Assembly (NCBI GenBank): GCA_934636245.1
Contig: CAKUAI010000006.1
Coordinates: 8,548 to 72,547, forward strand
Direction of reading: 5' to 3'
Length of the DNA: 64,000 nucleotides
From: an uncultured Coriobacteriales bacterium
GTDB taxonomy: Bacteria > Actinomycetota > Coriobacteriia > Coriobacteriales > UMGS124
The notes beneath the pieces are model-generated. The model was not told where the DNA came from, did not search any database, and saw only the letters and a list, made by a program, of their open reading frames with translations. Position numbers and translations under genes: made by a program. The number at the start of each line of letters is the position of its first letter. The first letter of the stretch is position 1. Positions 21,503-31,731 of this stretch are shown one piece after another.

Positions 21503-22216
21503 ATGGAGAACAAGCAGGTCAAGCTCGGTATCATCGGCGCCATGGACGTGGAGGTCGCCACCCTCATGGACCACACGCAAGACGCCGTACTCAGCGAGCG
21601 TGCGGGTATGCGCTTCTGCGAGGGCACGCTCGCCGGCATGCCGGTCGTCATTGCCAAGTGCGGCGTCGGCAAGGTGTCGGCCGGTATGTGTGTGCAGGCC
21701 ATGTGCGACCTGTACGGCGTAACGCACATCGTGAACACGGGCGTGGCAGGCTCGCTCGACGCGCAGATCGACATCGCCGACCTCGTGGTAAGCACCGACG
21801 CTCTCTACTATGACGTGGACGTCACGCCCTGGGGCTACGAGTCCGGCCAGCTCCCCGGCATGGACTGCCTGGCGTTCCCGGCCGACCCCACCCTGCGCGT
21901 CGCCATCGAACATGCCGCCGCGCTCGCCGCACCCGACGTGCGCGTGTTCGCGGGCCGCGTCGTCTCGGGCGACCAGTTCATCGCCTCCTCGCAGGCAAAG
22001 GAGCGCCTGGCCCAGGAGTTCGGAGGCATGTGCTGCGAGATGGAAGGCGCTGCCATCGCCCATGCGTGCCATGTGAACGGCGTGCCCTACGCCGTAGTGC
22101 GTGCCATCTCCGACAAGGCCGACGGCTCGGCCGAGATGACCGACCCCGAGTTCGAGACCTCCAGCGCCATGCGCTGCGCCGCCGTGGTTGAGGAGCTCTG
22201 CCGCGCAGGTCTGTAG
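21503..22216 (+). CDS. mtnN: 5'-methylthioadenosine/S-adenosylhomocysteine nucleosidase
   Basis: LGIIGAMDVEV, VNTGVAGS, CEMEGAAIAH, RAISD. Confidence 0.9.
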   Translation: MENKQVKLGIIGAMDVEVATLMDHTQDAVLSERAGMRFCEGTLAGMPVVIAKCGVGKVSAGMCVQAMCDLYGVTHIVNTGVAGSLDAQIDIADLVVSTDALYYDVDVTPWGYESGQLPGMDCLAFPADPTLRVAIEHAAALAAPDVRVFAGRVVSGDQFIASSQAKERLAQEFGGMCCEMEGAAIAHACHVNGVPYAVVRAISDKADGSAEMTDPEFETSSAMRCAAVVEELCRAGL

Positions 22217-22271
22217 CCTGCCAAAACGAGGCGCCCTGGGCGCGGGGCACATTCGTCGGCGAATCGCATCA

Positions 22272-22682
22272 TTACAGCAGGTCGAAAAGCGATCCCTGGC
22301 GCGAGGGGTCGATGCCGGTGTCCTGCGTCTTCTTCTTGCGCGGGGCGCGCGGCTTCTTGGGCTTGGCGGGAGCGGTGGGCGCTTCAGCTGCGACAGGTGC
22401 GGGCTGCTCCTCAAGGGCGAGACGCGCGGGCTGCGCCGCAGCCTGGACGGCCGCCTCAACGCGAGCGGCCACCTCGTCGGCGCGCACGAGCTCGATGCCT
22501 TGGGCCTTGAGGCTCAGGAACTCCTCGACCGCCTCACGCATGCTCTCAGGCACACGCATGACGACGGTCTTCTCGCCCCACTTGGCCTTGCGGCCGGCGC
22601 CGGGGCGCGCTCCTCCCCTGCCCTTGTGAGGTGCGCTGTCCTTATCTGCCTGGACTTTCTGCTCTTCGCCCACTGCTCGCAC
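22272..22682 (-). CDS. small basic hypothetical protein
   Basis: GRGGARPGAGRK N-terminal basic patch, Ala/Pro-rich linker, KKPRAPRKKK, C-terminal QGSLFDLL. Confidence 0.5.
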   Translation of the reverse strand: MRAVGEEQKVQADKDSAPHKGRGGARPGAGRKAKWGEKTVVMRVPESMREAVEEFLSLKAQGIELVRADEVAARVEAAVQAAAQPARLALEEQPAPVAAEAPTAPAKPKKPRAPRKKKTQDTGIDPSRQGSLFDLL

Positions 22683-22764
22683 TCCCGTCTCGCTGATTTC
22701 GTTACGGAAGTATATACGATGAGTGGGCGCTCCCTAAAAACTACCCATGGCCAAAGAACCAAGC

Positions 22765-24108
22765 TTATTTCACGCGGGCTGCGAACTCCTCAAAGAAGGC
22801 GCGCGGCTCACGGGTACCGATGACGTCGGACAAATCGCGGTGGAACACAAGGCCGGCAGTCCAGTCGCCCCACACGCGGAACTTGCGCTCCCAGCCAGGC
22901 AGGGCGAAGCCGTGGTACACGCGGTGGGCCATCCAGGCAAGCCAGCCATTGAAGCGAATCTTGGCACCGCCCTTGGTGAGGGTGCCGCTCGTGAAGGCAC
23001 CGTACGAGGTGCCCAGGCCCGCCACCATGCCGGCGTTCTCATGGCGATACTCGGCCATCTCGCCACCGCGCAGCCAGGTGAGCAGGTTCTTCGTGAGGAC
23101 CTTGCTCTGGCGCATGGAATGCTGGGCGGTGGGGGCGCAGGAGCCGTCGGGCAGGCCATGGCCCGTGAGGTCGGGCACGCAGCTGCAGTCGCCCACGGCG
23201 AAGATGCCCTCGAGCACCTCGCCGTCGCGACGGACGCGCAGGTCAGCGCCGCACACGACGCGGCCGCGCGGCTCAAGGGGCAGGTCGCTACTCTTGAGCA
23301 CGGGGTTGGCCATGGCGCCGGCGCACCACAGGATGGAGGCAGCGTCATAGCTGGCGCCGTCGGAGGTGACGACATGGCCGTCCTGGGCGCTCTCGACGCA
23401 GGTCTTGAGGTGAATGTGGGCACCGCGGGCCTCCAGATGGGCAACCGCCTTGCTCGACTGCGCCACGGTGAGCTCGGGGAAGACCTTCTCGGCAGCCTCG
23501 ATGAGGTGGAAGTTGAGCTCGGAGGGATCCAGACGCGCGTCCTTCTTGCAAATTTTGCAGGCGAGGTCAAAGAGCTCGGCGAAGCCCTCCATACCCGAGA
23601 AGCCACCGCCCACGGTGATGAGCGTCATGAGGCGCGTGCGCTCAGGCGAGCCCTTGGGGAGCTCGGCGGCGCAAGAGAGGTTCGCGATGAGGTTGTCGCG
23701 CAGGTAGACGGCCTCTTCGGTGGCCTTGAGGCCCACGGCGTTCTCGGCGATGCCGGGGATGGGGAACGTGCGCGTCACGGCGCCCAGGGTCACCACGATC
23801 GCGTCGGCATCGAGCTCGAAGGCGTTGCCGTGCGCGTCGGCAAGCGCCACGCGCTTCTCGGCGGCGTTGACGGCGGTGACGCGGGCGCGCACGATGCGCG
23901 TCTTCTTCAGGTGCATGGCAAAAGGCGTCTCGATGTGGCGGGGCTCGATGGCGCCCGAGGCGACCTCGGCCAAGAAGGGCTGGTAGACGCACGCCGAGCG
24001 CATGTCGACGAGCGTGACCTGGGCCTCCCCGTCTTGGAGCTTCTTCTCGAGGTCACGAGCGATGTAGAAGCCGCTCAGGCCGCCGCCGAGGATGAGGATG
24101 CGCTTCAC
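22765..24108 (-). CDS. NAD(P)/FAD-dependent oxidoreductase, type II NADH dehydrogenase-like
   Basis: GTG 24108 follows GGGAGA. Rossmann folds ILILGGGLSG and TVGGGFSG. Confidence 0.8.
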   Translation of the reverse strand: MKRILILGGGLSGFYIARDLEKKLQDGEAQVTLVDMRSACVYQPFLAEVASGAIEPRHIETPFAMHLKKTRIVRARVTAVNAAEKRVALADAHGNAFELDADAIVVTLGAVTRTFPIPGIAENAVGLKATEEAVYLRDNLIANLSCAAELPKGSPERTRLMTLITVGGGFSGMEGFAELFDLACKICKKDARLDPSELNFHLIEAAEKVFPELTVAQSSKAVAHLEARGAHIHLKTCVESAQDGHVVTSDGASYDAASILWCAGAMANPVLKSSDLPLEPRGRVVCGADLRVRRDGEVLEGIFAVGDCSCVPDLTGHGLPDGSCAPTAQHSMRQSKVLTKNLLTWLRGGEMAEYRHENAGMVAGLGTSYGAFTSGTLTKGGAKIRFNGWLAWMAHRVYHGFALPGWERKFRVWGDWTAGLVFHRDLSDVIGTREPRAFFEEFAARVK

Positions 24109-24293
24109 GTGGTTTCTCCCTAAGAGACGGGCGTGCACAGACGCCTATGCTGGTATATAGTCCTTGAAGCGTGTAGATTACACCTTTTCTGAATCCAGCT
24201 CGGCCCAGCAGGGTATAACAGCGTGTTCTCCAGCAATTACGCGCCAAGACGCACCGCCGCAACCCAGGCATGGCACGACAAGAAGGGAAACCC

Positions 24294-24740
24294 ATGGCAT
24301 ACGACATCCAGGTGAAGATCAAGAGGCTCGACCAGGAGCTGCCCCTGCCCCGCTACGCCAACCCCGGCGACGCGGGCCTGGACCTGTACAGCGCCGTCGA
24401 CGTCGTCATCGAGCCGATGCGCCGCGTCATGATCCCCACGGGCGTGGCCATCGCGCTTCCGGAGGGCTACGCAGGCTTTGTGCAGCCCCGCAGCGGCCTG
24501 GCCGCCAAGAAGGGCCTGTCCATCGTGAACACGCCCGGCCTGGTCGACTCGGGCTACCGCGGCGAGCTCAAGGTCATCGCCATCAACACCGACGCCGACG
24601 AGCCCATCGCCATCGCCCGCGGCGAGCGTGTGGCGCAGCTCGTGGTGCAGCGCGTGCCCGCCGTCGAGCTTGTGGAGGTCGACGAGCTCGACGCGACCGA
24701 GCGCGGCGAGGCGGGCTTCGGGTCGACCGGCCTGAGGTAG
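24294..24740 (+). CDS. dut: dUTP diphosphatase
   Basis: PRYANPGDAGLDL, GLVDSGYRGE, RGEAGFGSTG. Start ATG 24294. Confidence 0.95.
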   Translation: MAYDIQVKIKRLDQELPLPRYANPGDAGLDLYSAVDVVIEPMRRVMIPTGVAIALPEGYAGFVQPRSGLAAKKGLSIVNTPGLVDSGYRGELKVIAINTDADEPIAIARGERVAQLVVQRVPAVELVEVDELDATERGEAGFGSTGLR

Positions 24741-24836
24741 CGACCGGCGAAAGGACGCCGAGCGCTTGCCGCTCCCGACACGGAGGTGCGCGCGCAAGAG
24801 GCGCCCGCCCAGCACGCACGAAATAGAAATCGTTAC

Positions 24837-24882
24837 GAAAATCCCCGCCCCTCGGACACATGTCCGGAAGGCGGGGATTTTC
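24837..24882. terminator. bidirectional terminator between dut and the oleate hydratase gene
   Basis: GAAAATCCCCGCC..GGCGGGGATTTTC long stem. Confidence 0.7.
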
Positions 24883-24940
24883 TCATCGGGCCGGTGCCCC
24901 ACATCGCATCGGCCGATTGCGCGGCGCCTCATTCGACGAG

Positions 24941-26812
24941 CTAGATGGCATCAAACTCACGCAGGAGCTTGACGATGTCGGTATGGCCGAGCTTCTTCAG
25001 CAATATGTCGAGCGCAGCCCTGTCCTTGAGGGGAAGCGACATGTCGGTGATGGCCTTGCCGTCGCGCAGCTTCACGCTGCTCATCAGCAGGTCTCGCACG
25101 TCGAAGGTGCTGCCCCACACCTCGGGCACGCCGCGGTCCACGTCGCACAGGGTGTAGACCGCCTCCATGCCGGTGCGCATGGAGTACTCGGTGGTGAAGA
25201 TGGTGTCGCGCGGCGTCTCGGCGAACTGGCCGAGGAAGGCGAAGTTCACGGCGCCGTCGGGCACCACGTCGGGGCGGTCGCCCAGGGAACGCGGCATGAA
25301 GAACGCGGTGATGTAGGGCATCATCACGGGAACGGTGTTCGCATGGCTGTGCGCCAGCTCCTCGATCTGGGTCTCAGGTACGCCCAGGTGCCAGAGCCAT
25401 TCCTTGCAGATCTCCTCACCCGTGCACTGCGTCATGGGCTTCTTCACGTAGTCGCCCTCGTTGTCGGGGAAGAGGCCGTACACCCACACGCACAGCTCGT
25501 TGCTCGGCTGGTCGCGGAACTGCTGCTGACGGTTGATGGTCCAGCTCATGAGCCAACTGGAGTCGCGGCAGGTCACGATGCCGCCCGTCACCGTGTGGCC
25601 GCTGAACGGGTCGCGCTTGCAGATCTTCTCGATGTAGGGCGGGATGGCATTGTCGAGCGTGGTGACGGTGGCGCTCATCCACTTGGTCTTCTGCGGGTCG
25701 GCGCAGAAGACGTCGGGATGGCCGAAGCTGGGGTCCTGGCTGGCGATGCGACGCCACAGGTCCCAGCCGTTGCCCGGCTCAGTCTGCGGGCACCACGCCG
25801 CGGGCTGAGTCTGCGTGCCGATGGTGGCGCTCTCGACGCAACCGCCGTTGGTGATGAACACAAGGTCATCCTCAGTGAGGTCGATAACCGCTCGTTCGCC
25901 GTTCGTGCTGGTCACGATGCTGGTGGCGACCTTCTTCACCATCGTGCTGTCGGGGTTGCGCTTGAAATGCGCCTGCTGGATGCGCTGGATGGTGTCCTGC
26001 CCGGTACCGGTCACGGCGCGCTCGGGCCCGACGCCGCCGCCGATAGCAAAGCGGATGTCCTCCACCTTCGTGTTGAAGTGGAACTGCACGCCAGCCTTCT
26101 CAAGGTATGCCACCATGGGCAGAATCATAGACTCGTACTGGTTGTACCGCGTGAAGCGCAAGGCCGAGAAATCGGGCAGGCCGGCGATGTGGTGGATGTA
26201 GCGCTTGATGTACAGCTTCATCTCGAGGGCGGAATGCCAGTTCTCGAAGGCGAACATGGTGCGCCAGTACATCCAGAAGTTGGAGTTCAGCACCTCGTCG
26301 TCGAAGAAGTCGGTGATGGGCTTGTCATAGAGGTCCTCGTCAGGGGTGAAGAAGAGCCTCATTATCTCCATGGCCGCCTTGTCCGACAGGCCGAACTTGC
26401 CGTTGGTGTGGGCGTCCTGGCCGCGTTTCTCGGTGGCACGGCACAGCGAGTAGTTGGGGTCTTCCTTGTTGAGCCAGTAATACTCGTCGAGCACCGTGAC
26501 GCTGGAGTCCTCGATCGAGGGGATGGAGCGGAAGAGGTCCCACATGACCTCGAAGTGGTTGTCCATCTCGCGGCCGCCGCGCATCACGTAGCCGACGCCG
26601 GGGATGTTGGCGCCGTCGCACGCGCCGCCAGCGACGGGGTCCTTCTCAAGGATATGGATGTGGCTGCCAGGCATCTGCGCGTCGCGAACCAAATAGCAGG
26701 CCGCGCTCAGCGCCGCCAGGCCGGTGCCGATGATGTAGGCGCTCTTGTGGTCGATTCCCTCGGGCTTCTTGGGACGTGCAAAGGCTTCGTAGTTTCCGCT
26801 GGAGTAATACAT
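24941..26812 (-). CDS. ohyA: oleate hydratase (MCRA family)
   Basis: MYYSSGNYEAFARPKKP, FAD-binding GTGLAALSAACYL, GYVMRGGREM. Start ATG 26812. Confidence 0.9.
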   Translation of the reverse strand: MYYSSGNYEAFARPKKPEGIDHKSAYIIGTGLAALSAACYLVRDAQMPGSHIHILEKDPVAGGACDGANIPGVGYVMRGGREMDNHFEVMWDLFRSIPSIEDSSVTVLDEYYWLNKEDPNYSLCRATEKRGQDAHTNGKFGLSDKAAMEIMRLFFTPDEDLYDKPITDFFDDEVLNSNFWMYWRTMFAFENWHSALEMKLYIKRYIHHIAGLPDFSALRFTRYNQYESMILPMVAYLEKAGVQFHFNTKVEDIRFAIGGGVGPERAVTGTGQDTIQRIQQAHFKRNPDSTMVKKVATSIVTSTNGERAVIDLTEDDLVFITNGGCVESATIGTQTQPAAWCPQTEPGNGWDLWRRIASQDPSFGHPDVFCADPQKTKWMSATVTTLDNAIPPYIEKICKRDPFSGHTVTGGIVTCRDSSWLMSWTINRQQQFRDQPSNELCVWVYGLFPDNEGDYVKKPMTQCTGEEICKEWLWHLGVPETQIEELAHSHANTVPVMMPYITAFFMPRSLGDRPDVVPDGAVNFAFLGQFAETPRDTIFTTEYSMRTGMEAVYTLCDVDRGVPEVWGSTFDVRDLLMSSVKLRDGKAITDMSLPLKDRAALDILLKKLGHTDIVKLLREFDAI

Positions 26813-26959
26813 GAGTTCCCTCATTTCCGTGTCGCGCACCAATGGCTCGGAAGACAGGCCGCATGCGTTGCGCGCCTTTTTGAATCCCCCGCTGGGCTCT
26901 TTGCCCTTGCCCCCAGTGTGCCCGGGCATCGGAAACGTCATCCTTATCAGGGTTTTGGC

Positions 26960-26980
26960 TTTGATAAGAAACTTATCAAA
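26960..26980. promoter_or_regulatory. candidate TetR operator upstream of the oleate hydratase gene
   Basis: Perfect inverted repeat TTTGATAAG-AAA-CTTATCAAA. An extra CTTATCA half-site lies at 26943..26949. Confidence 0.45.
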
Positions 26981-27015
26981 GGGGGTCGATTGTAAGAAAA
27001 CCGACGATGAAAACC

Positions 27016-27576
27016 TTAGAGACTCGTAAAGCGAGAAAGTGCGGTGGAAACGGTGCCCTCCATGATGATGCCGGCGCGACGCTGCAGGAGCTCGGGTTTC
27101 TCGGCCATGCCGTCGCCAATCCAGTCAAGCGTGATCCCCGCCAAGGCATGCGCGTAAAAGTCGGCGATGAACGTGCGCTCGTGCTGCGGCACCCGCTCGC
27201 ACAAGGGGTCGTCGTTCACCACGCCGGAAATGAGCTTGCGCGTTGCAGGCAAAAGGAAGCGCTCCACGCGCTCGCGGCTCACCTCGCGGTAGATCGCATT
27301 GATGAACTGCCTGTTTTGGGCAAGCTCGTTGAGCACGCTCAGGTAGCCCTCCTGCCAGGTCGAGACAGTCTGGCACCCGGCGATGGCGCGCATGGCGTCT
27401 TCTTCAAGCGACCATTCCATGAGGTCGTAGATGTCTTTGAAATGGTAGTAGAACGTCATGCGACTGATGCCGCAGTCCTGGGCGATGTCGGCAATGGTGA
27501 TCTTGGAGAGCGGTTTTGTGGACAGCTGCCGCTTGAACGATTCTTCAAGGGCCCTTTTCGTGAGCTGGCTTGTCAT
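27016..27576 (-). CDS. TetR family transcriptional regulator
   Basis: HTH ITIADIAQDCGISRMTFYYHF. ATG 27576 follows GGGGAG. Confidence 0.85.
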   Translation of the reverse strand: MTSQLTKRALEESFKRQLSTKPLSKITIADIAQDCGISRMTFYYHFKDIYDLMEWSLEEDAMRAIAGCQTVSTWQEGYLSVLNELAQNRQFINAIYREVSRERVERFLLPATRKLISGVVNDDPLCERVPQHERTFIADFYAHALAGITLDWIGDGMAEKPELLQRRAGIIMEGTVSTALSRFTSL

Positions 27577-27704
27577 ACGTCTCCCCTGCGTTTGCGGCCG
27601 ACGCCGCAATTATCGCAGGTTTTGGCCCACAGCAGAAAAGGCAATTCGAAGTAGGGCAGCAAACGACAGAAAAAGGTACCGCATGCATCCCGCCCGGGCG
27701 CCGC

Positions 27705-28307
27705 CTACTTTCCAGCACGGGCGAGCAGCATCGGTCCGTGCTCCTTGAGCCAGGCGCGATGGAGGCGCTGGTCGGAGTCGTAACGGCTGACAAGGTCCCA
27801 GAAGCGTGCGGAGTGGTTCATCTCAAGGCGGTGGCACAGCTCGTGAATCACCACGTAGTCGAGCACCTCGGGCGGGGCAAGCATGAGCAGCACGTTGAAG
27901 TTGAGGTTGCCCGCCGTCGAGCAACTGCCCCAGCGCGTCTTCTGGCACCGCAGGGTAATGCGGCCATAGGACACGCCTATGCGCGCCGCGAAGTGCTCCA
28001 CACGAGCCGGAATTATCAGGCGAGCCTCGCGCGCAAGCGCCGCAAGGTCCTCTTGGGAGAGCAGGCCCTCCTGCTGGACGGCCTGCGCCTTCGCCTCCTG
28101 ACGGGCCTGCACGCGCGCAAGCGCCGCGGCGATCCATGCGCGATGGCTTTCCACAAACTCGCAAATCGACTTCTGCGAGGCGCGCATGGGGGCGCGCACG
28201 ATGACGCGGGCGGGAGCCTTCACCTCAAGGGCGAGCGTCTTGCGCCGTGAGCGCACGACCTCGATGCCCTCAAGGGTTGTCTGTTTTGCCGCCCGCGTCT
28301 CGCGCAT
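27705..28307 (-). CDS. YgjP-like (DUF45/M48-related) zinc metallohydrolase
   Basis: HELCHRLEMNHSARFW motif. Confidence 0.75.
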   Translation of the reverse strand: MRETRAAKQTTLEGIEVVRSRRKTLALEVKAPARVIVRAPMRASQKSICEFVESHRAWIAAALARVQARQEAKAQAVQQEGLLSQEDLAALAREARLIIPARVEHFAARIGVSYGRITLRCQKTRWGSCSTAGNLNFNVLLMLAPPEVLDYVVIHELCHRLEMNHSARFWDLVSRYDSDQRLHRAWLKEHGPMLLARAGK

Positions 28308-28322
28308 GCTATATCGAATCCC

Positions 28323-29099
28323 TTAGTCCTCGGAGTCGGGCAGAGGGGTCTTGGAGAAAGCCTGGATGAAGTCGACCATCCAGGCAGCCACGGTCTCCAT
28401 CATCTCGCGGCCCCACTCGGCGCTGGCCTTCTTGGGGTCGTCGGGGCCGATCCAGCCGTTCTCAGCATAATAGTTTGTGGGACGGGGCACGGTCACGCTC
28501 ACGCCCTTGTACTTCACCGTGTCGAAGTGGACGCTGGGCATGTCGTCGCCCAGGTCGTTGATGAGGCCCATGCCCTCCACGCTGTCGAGGTCCACCATGG
28601 TGGGATCGATGTAGAGGTTGGCGCTCGTCTCCTGGCCGCCGCCGTGGCCGCCGGCCCACTCCGGGTTGAAGTCGGCCACCATGCTCCACCAGTTGAGCAA
28701 TGCCGCACGGCAGCCCTTCTGGGCAAGGTCGAGCTGGCACTCGGTGAGCGCCTTGGAGTTGCCGCCGTGGCCGTTCAAGAACACGAAGTGACGGAAGCCT
28801 TGGTCGTAGAGGTTCTCGCAAAGCTTCTTCACCACGGCAAGGTAGAGCTGGTCGCCCAAGTTGAACGTGCCGGGGAACTCGACGAAGCGAGGCGAGGAAC
28901 CGAAGGGCAGGATAGGTGCGATGAGAAGCCCGGGCAGGTCCTTCTCGATGAGTTCGGAGAGCTTTTGCGGGGCAAACGAGTCGGTGCCCAACGGATTGTG
29001 CTTGCCGTGCTGCTCGGTGGAGCCAAAGAGCATGAGCACGGTGTCATTACCTTCAAGGTAAGCCTCTACTTGAGGGTACGTGCTACGTTCAAGACGCAT
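28323..29099 (-). CDS. creatininase family amidohydrolase
   Basis: GSTEQHGKHNPLGTD, LNGHGGN. ATG 29099 follows AAAGGAAG. Confidence 0.8.
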   Translation of the reverse strand: MRLERSTYPQVEAYLEGNDTVLMLFGSTEQHGKHNPLGTDSFAPQKLSELIEKDLPGLLIAPILPFGSSPRFVEFPGTFNLGDQLYLAVVKKLCENLYDQGFRHFVFLNGHGGNSKALTECQLDLAQKGCRAALLNWWSMVADFNPEWAGGHGGGQETSANLYIDPTMVDLDSVEGMGLINDLGDDMPSVHFDTVKYKGVSVTVPRPTNYYAENGWIGPDDPKKASAEWGREMMETVAAWMVDFIQAFSKTPLPDSED

Positions 29100-29179
29100 A
29101 GTCTTCTTCCTTTCAAACAAGGCTCTGAACTGCAACCTTTAGGGTTTACGCTCAACCTTAAACCATACAGCACGCACTG

Positions 29180-30022
29180 TTACTTGCCAGCCTTGAGACC
29201 TTCGATGTACGCCAGGCCCTTGGCGGTCTCGTCCTCGTAGCACAGCGGTTCGGGCAGCTCCACGTCGCGCAGGTTGCGCACAAAGCGGGCGATGTAGTCG
29301 GCCGTGCCCTCGAGCATGGCCTGGCCCAGCTCCGCGCTGGCGGCCTCGGGCGGGTTGTCGTGGCCCTCGGCCACCCAGCCGTTGGAGGCCATGCGCACGA
29401 GCGGGCGGGGCATGTCGACCGACACGCCGTCCCACTCCACGCTCACCCAGCCCGTCGTCTTGAGCGAGGGGCCGAAGTCGTCGCGCAGCGCCTCGGGGGC
29501 AAGCGCCGACAGGTCCACGCTCTCGGGGTCGATGGCGAGGTTGGCGCTCGTCTCCATGCCGTCGCCGTGGCCGCCGCCCCATGCGGGGTTGAGCTGCGGG
29601 GCCATCTTCCACCAGTTCATGAGGACGGCGATGCAACCCTGCTCGTTGAGGGCCGAGCACACCGTGGCGATGGACTTGACGTTGCCGCCGTGGCCGTTCA
29701 CAAAGACGAAGCGGCGCGCGCCGTAGGCATACAGCGAGTCGACGATGCTCATGAGCACGTCGATGAGGCCCTGCACGCCCAGCGACACGGTGCCGGGGAA
29801 GCCCATGAGATCGTCGGTGGCACCGTAGGGCACGGTGGGGGCGATGAGCACGCCGGGCTCGCGGGCCTCGATGAGGTCCATGAGGTAGTCGGGCGCCATG
29901 GTGTCGGTGCCGAGCGGGTTGTGCAGGCCATGGCACTCGATGGAACCCACGCCGATGAGCACGGTGTCGTTGTCCTTGAAGTAAGCCTGGCACTGAGGCC
30001 AAGTGATACGAGCCAGACGCAT
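29180..30022 (-). CDS. creatininase family amidohydrolase (paralog)
   Basis: GSIECHGLHNPLGTD, VNGHGGN. ATG 30022 follows AAAGGGGA. Confidence 0.8.
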   Translation of the reverse strand: MRLARITWPQCQAYFKDNDTVLIGVGSIECHGLHNPLGTDTMAPDYLMDLIEAREPGVLIAPTVPYGATDDLMGFPGTVSLGVQGLIDVLMSIVDSLYAYGARRFVFVNGHGGNVKSIATVCSALNEQGCIAVLMNWWKMAPQLNPAWGGGHGDGMETSANLAIDPESVDLSALAPEALRDDFGPSLKTTGWVSVEWDGVSVDMPRPLVRMASNGWVAEGHDNPPEAASAELGQAMLEGTADYIARFVRNLRDVELPEPLCYEDETAKGLAYIEGLKAGK

Positions 30023-30308
30023 GGCGCTCCCCTTTCGTTTGCGCGGCCGACACGATGTCGGTCGCCCGAATTGAACGAGCGCCATTCTAGCCTCCAAAGT
30101 TTACGTCTTGTGAACGGAGGCACAACTCTCCTCAATCGCCAGACCGCACCGGGGCGCTTCGCCGCCCTTGCATTGCGTGGCCGTTTTGAACTGAATGGTC
30201 CCCAATGTTTCCCCGACGGCACAAGCGGGCTATGATGCGTGCGAACCGATCACCCAGCGCGAGCCGCCCCGTGCGGCCCGACATGCCAAACGAAAGGGGA
30301 TTTGCTCC

Positions 30309-31421
30309 ATGACCTGCTCCAGCATCGATGCCGCAAGCATTGCCTTCGAGGACGCCGAAGTCGTCAACCTCATGGGCAAGCTTTCCAACGCCAAGAGCCC
30401 CTCGGGCTTCGAGGAAGAGACCCTCGCGGTCGTCAAGGAGTTCTGCGAGCCCTTCGCCGACTTCGAGCGCAACTCGCTCATGTGCGGCTTCATCAAGCCC
30501 AAGAACTTCTCGGGCACCAAGCCCGTCGTCATGCTCGACGCCCACGGCGACGAGGTGGGCCTCATGGTGAAGTCCATCCATGCCGACGGCACCCTCACCT
30601 TCATCAACCTGGGCGGTTTCTCCAAGGGCAGCACCATCGGCATGGAGGTGCTCGTGCGCACCACCGAGGGCAACTGGGTACGCGGCGTCGTTGGCGCGAA
30701 GCCCCCGCACTTCATGACGCCCGCCGAGCGCGAGGCGGGCCTTGCCGGCATGGAGCTCAAGATCGACGTGGGCGCCACGAGCAAGCAGGAGACCATCGAG
30801 AAGTTCCACATGGGCGTCGGCGAGCCCGTGTGCCCGGCCACCACGTTCCACTACCAGCCCGAGCAGCGCATGATGTTCGGCAAGGCCTTCGACTGCCGCG
30901 CCGGCGTGGCCGCCATGCTGCTGGCCATCCGCGAGCTCTCCAAGCTCGACCTGCCCTTCGACGTTGTCGCCTCGGTGAGCGCCCAGGAAGAGGTCGGCGA
31001 GCGCGGCGTGGCGAGCGCCGTGCGCCACTTCAACCCCAGCGTCTGCTTCATGTTCGAGGGCGCCCCGGCCGACGACACGTTCGGCAACCCCGACGACGCG
31101 CAGTGCTGCGTCAACCAGGGCCCGATGCTGCGCTACGCCGACTGCTGCATGATCACGCACCCCCGCTACCAGCGCTTCGTGCTCAACGCGGCCAAGCAGG
31201 CGGGCCTGCCCGCCCAGGGCGCGGTGCGCGTGGGCGGCGGCACCGACGGCGGCATCGCGCACCTCATGGACAACGGCATCCCCTGCGTGGTGGCCGGCGT
31301 CCCCTGCCGCTACATCCACTCGAACTGCGCCATCGCCAGCATCGACGACGTGATGAACACAGCGCGCGTGGCCGTGGCAAGCGTGGCCGCGCTCACCCCC
31401 GAGGTCGTCGCCGAGTTCTAA
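30309..31421 (+). CDS. M42 family metallopeptidase (FrvX/glutamyl aminopeptidase-like)
   Basis: ATG 30309. SPSGFEEE, MLDAHGDEVGLMV, and a C-terminal half typical of M42. Confidence 0.8.
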   Translation: MTCSSIDAASIAFEDAEVVNLMGKLSNAKSPSGFEEETLAVVKEFCEPFADFERNSLMCGFIKPKNFSGTKPVVMLDAHGDEVGLMVKSIHADGTLTFINLGGFSKGSTIGMEVLVRTTEGNWVRGVVGAKPPHFMTPAEREAGLAGMELKIDVGATSKQETIEKFHMGVGEPVCPATTFHYQPEQRMMFGKAFDCRAGVAAMLLAIRELSKLDLPFDVVASVSAQEEVGERGVASAVRHFNPSVCFMFEGAPADDTFGNPDDAQCCVNQGPMLRYADCCMITHPRYQRFVLNAAKQAGLPAQGAVRVGGGTDGGIAHLMDNGIPCVVAGVPCRYIHSNCAIASIDDVMNTARVAVASVAALTPEVVAEF

Positions 31422-31528
31422 GACCGCTGAGGGTCGGCAATGCGACCGCTCGTCGGCCCTCAGCGCTCCCCTGTGGAGAATTTAACCTCCCGTTCATGCG
31501 CGCAAATTAACATAAGACTCTAGCGATA

Positions 31529-31572
31529 GGCCCTTGACCAGCATTTTTAAGCTGGCCGAGGGCCTTTTGTTT
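31529..31572 (+). terminator. rho-independent terminator
   Basis: GGCCCTTGACCAGC..GCTGGCCGAGGGCC stem followed by TTTTGTTT. Confidence 0.6.
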
Positions 31573-31731
31573 CCAAGTGTGGAAATCTGCGCCGTTTGCG
31601 TCCCCCTTCGATTTTCCCGCTGTCACAATGCAAATCACGGTGTCGGAGCCAACCGGTACAGACCGGCGGCTCCGGCATAAGGGCACGGCCCGGCCTCAGC
31701 CAGAGGGCGGGTATACGAAAGGGAGACACAC

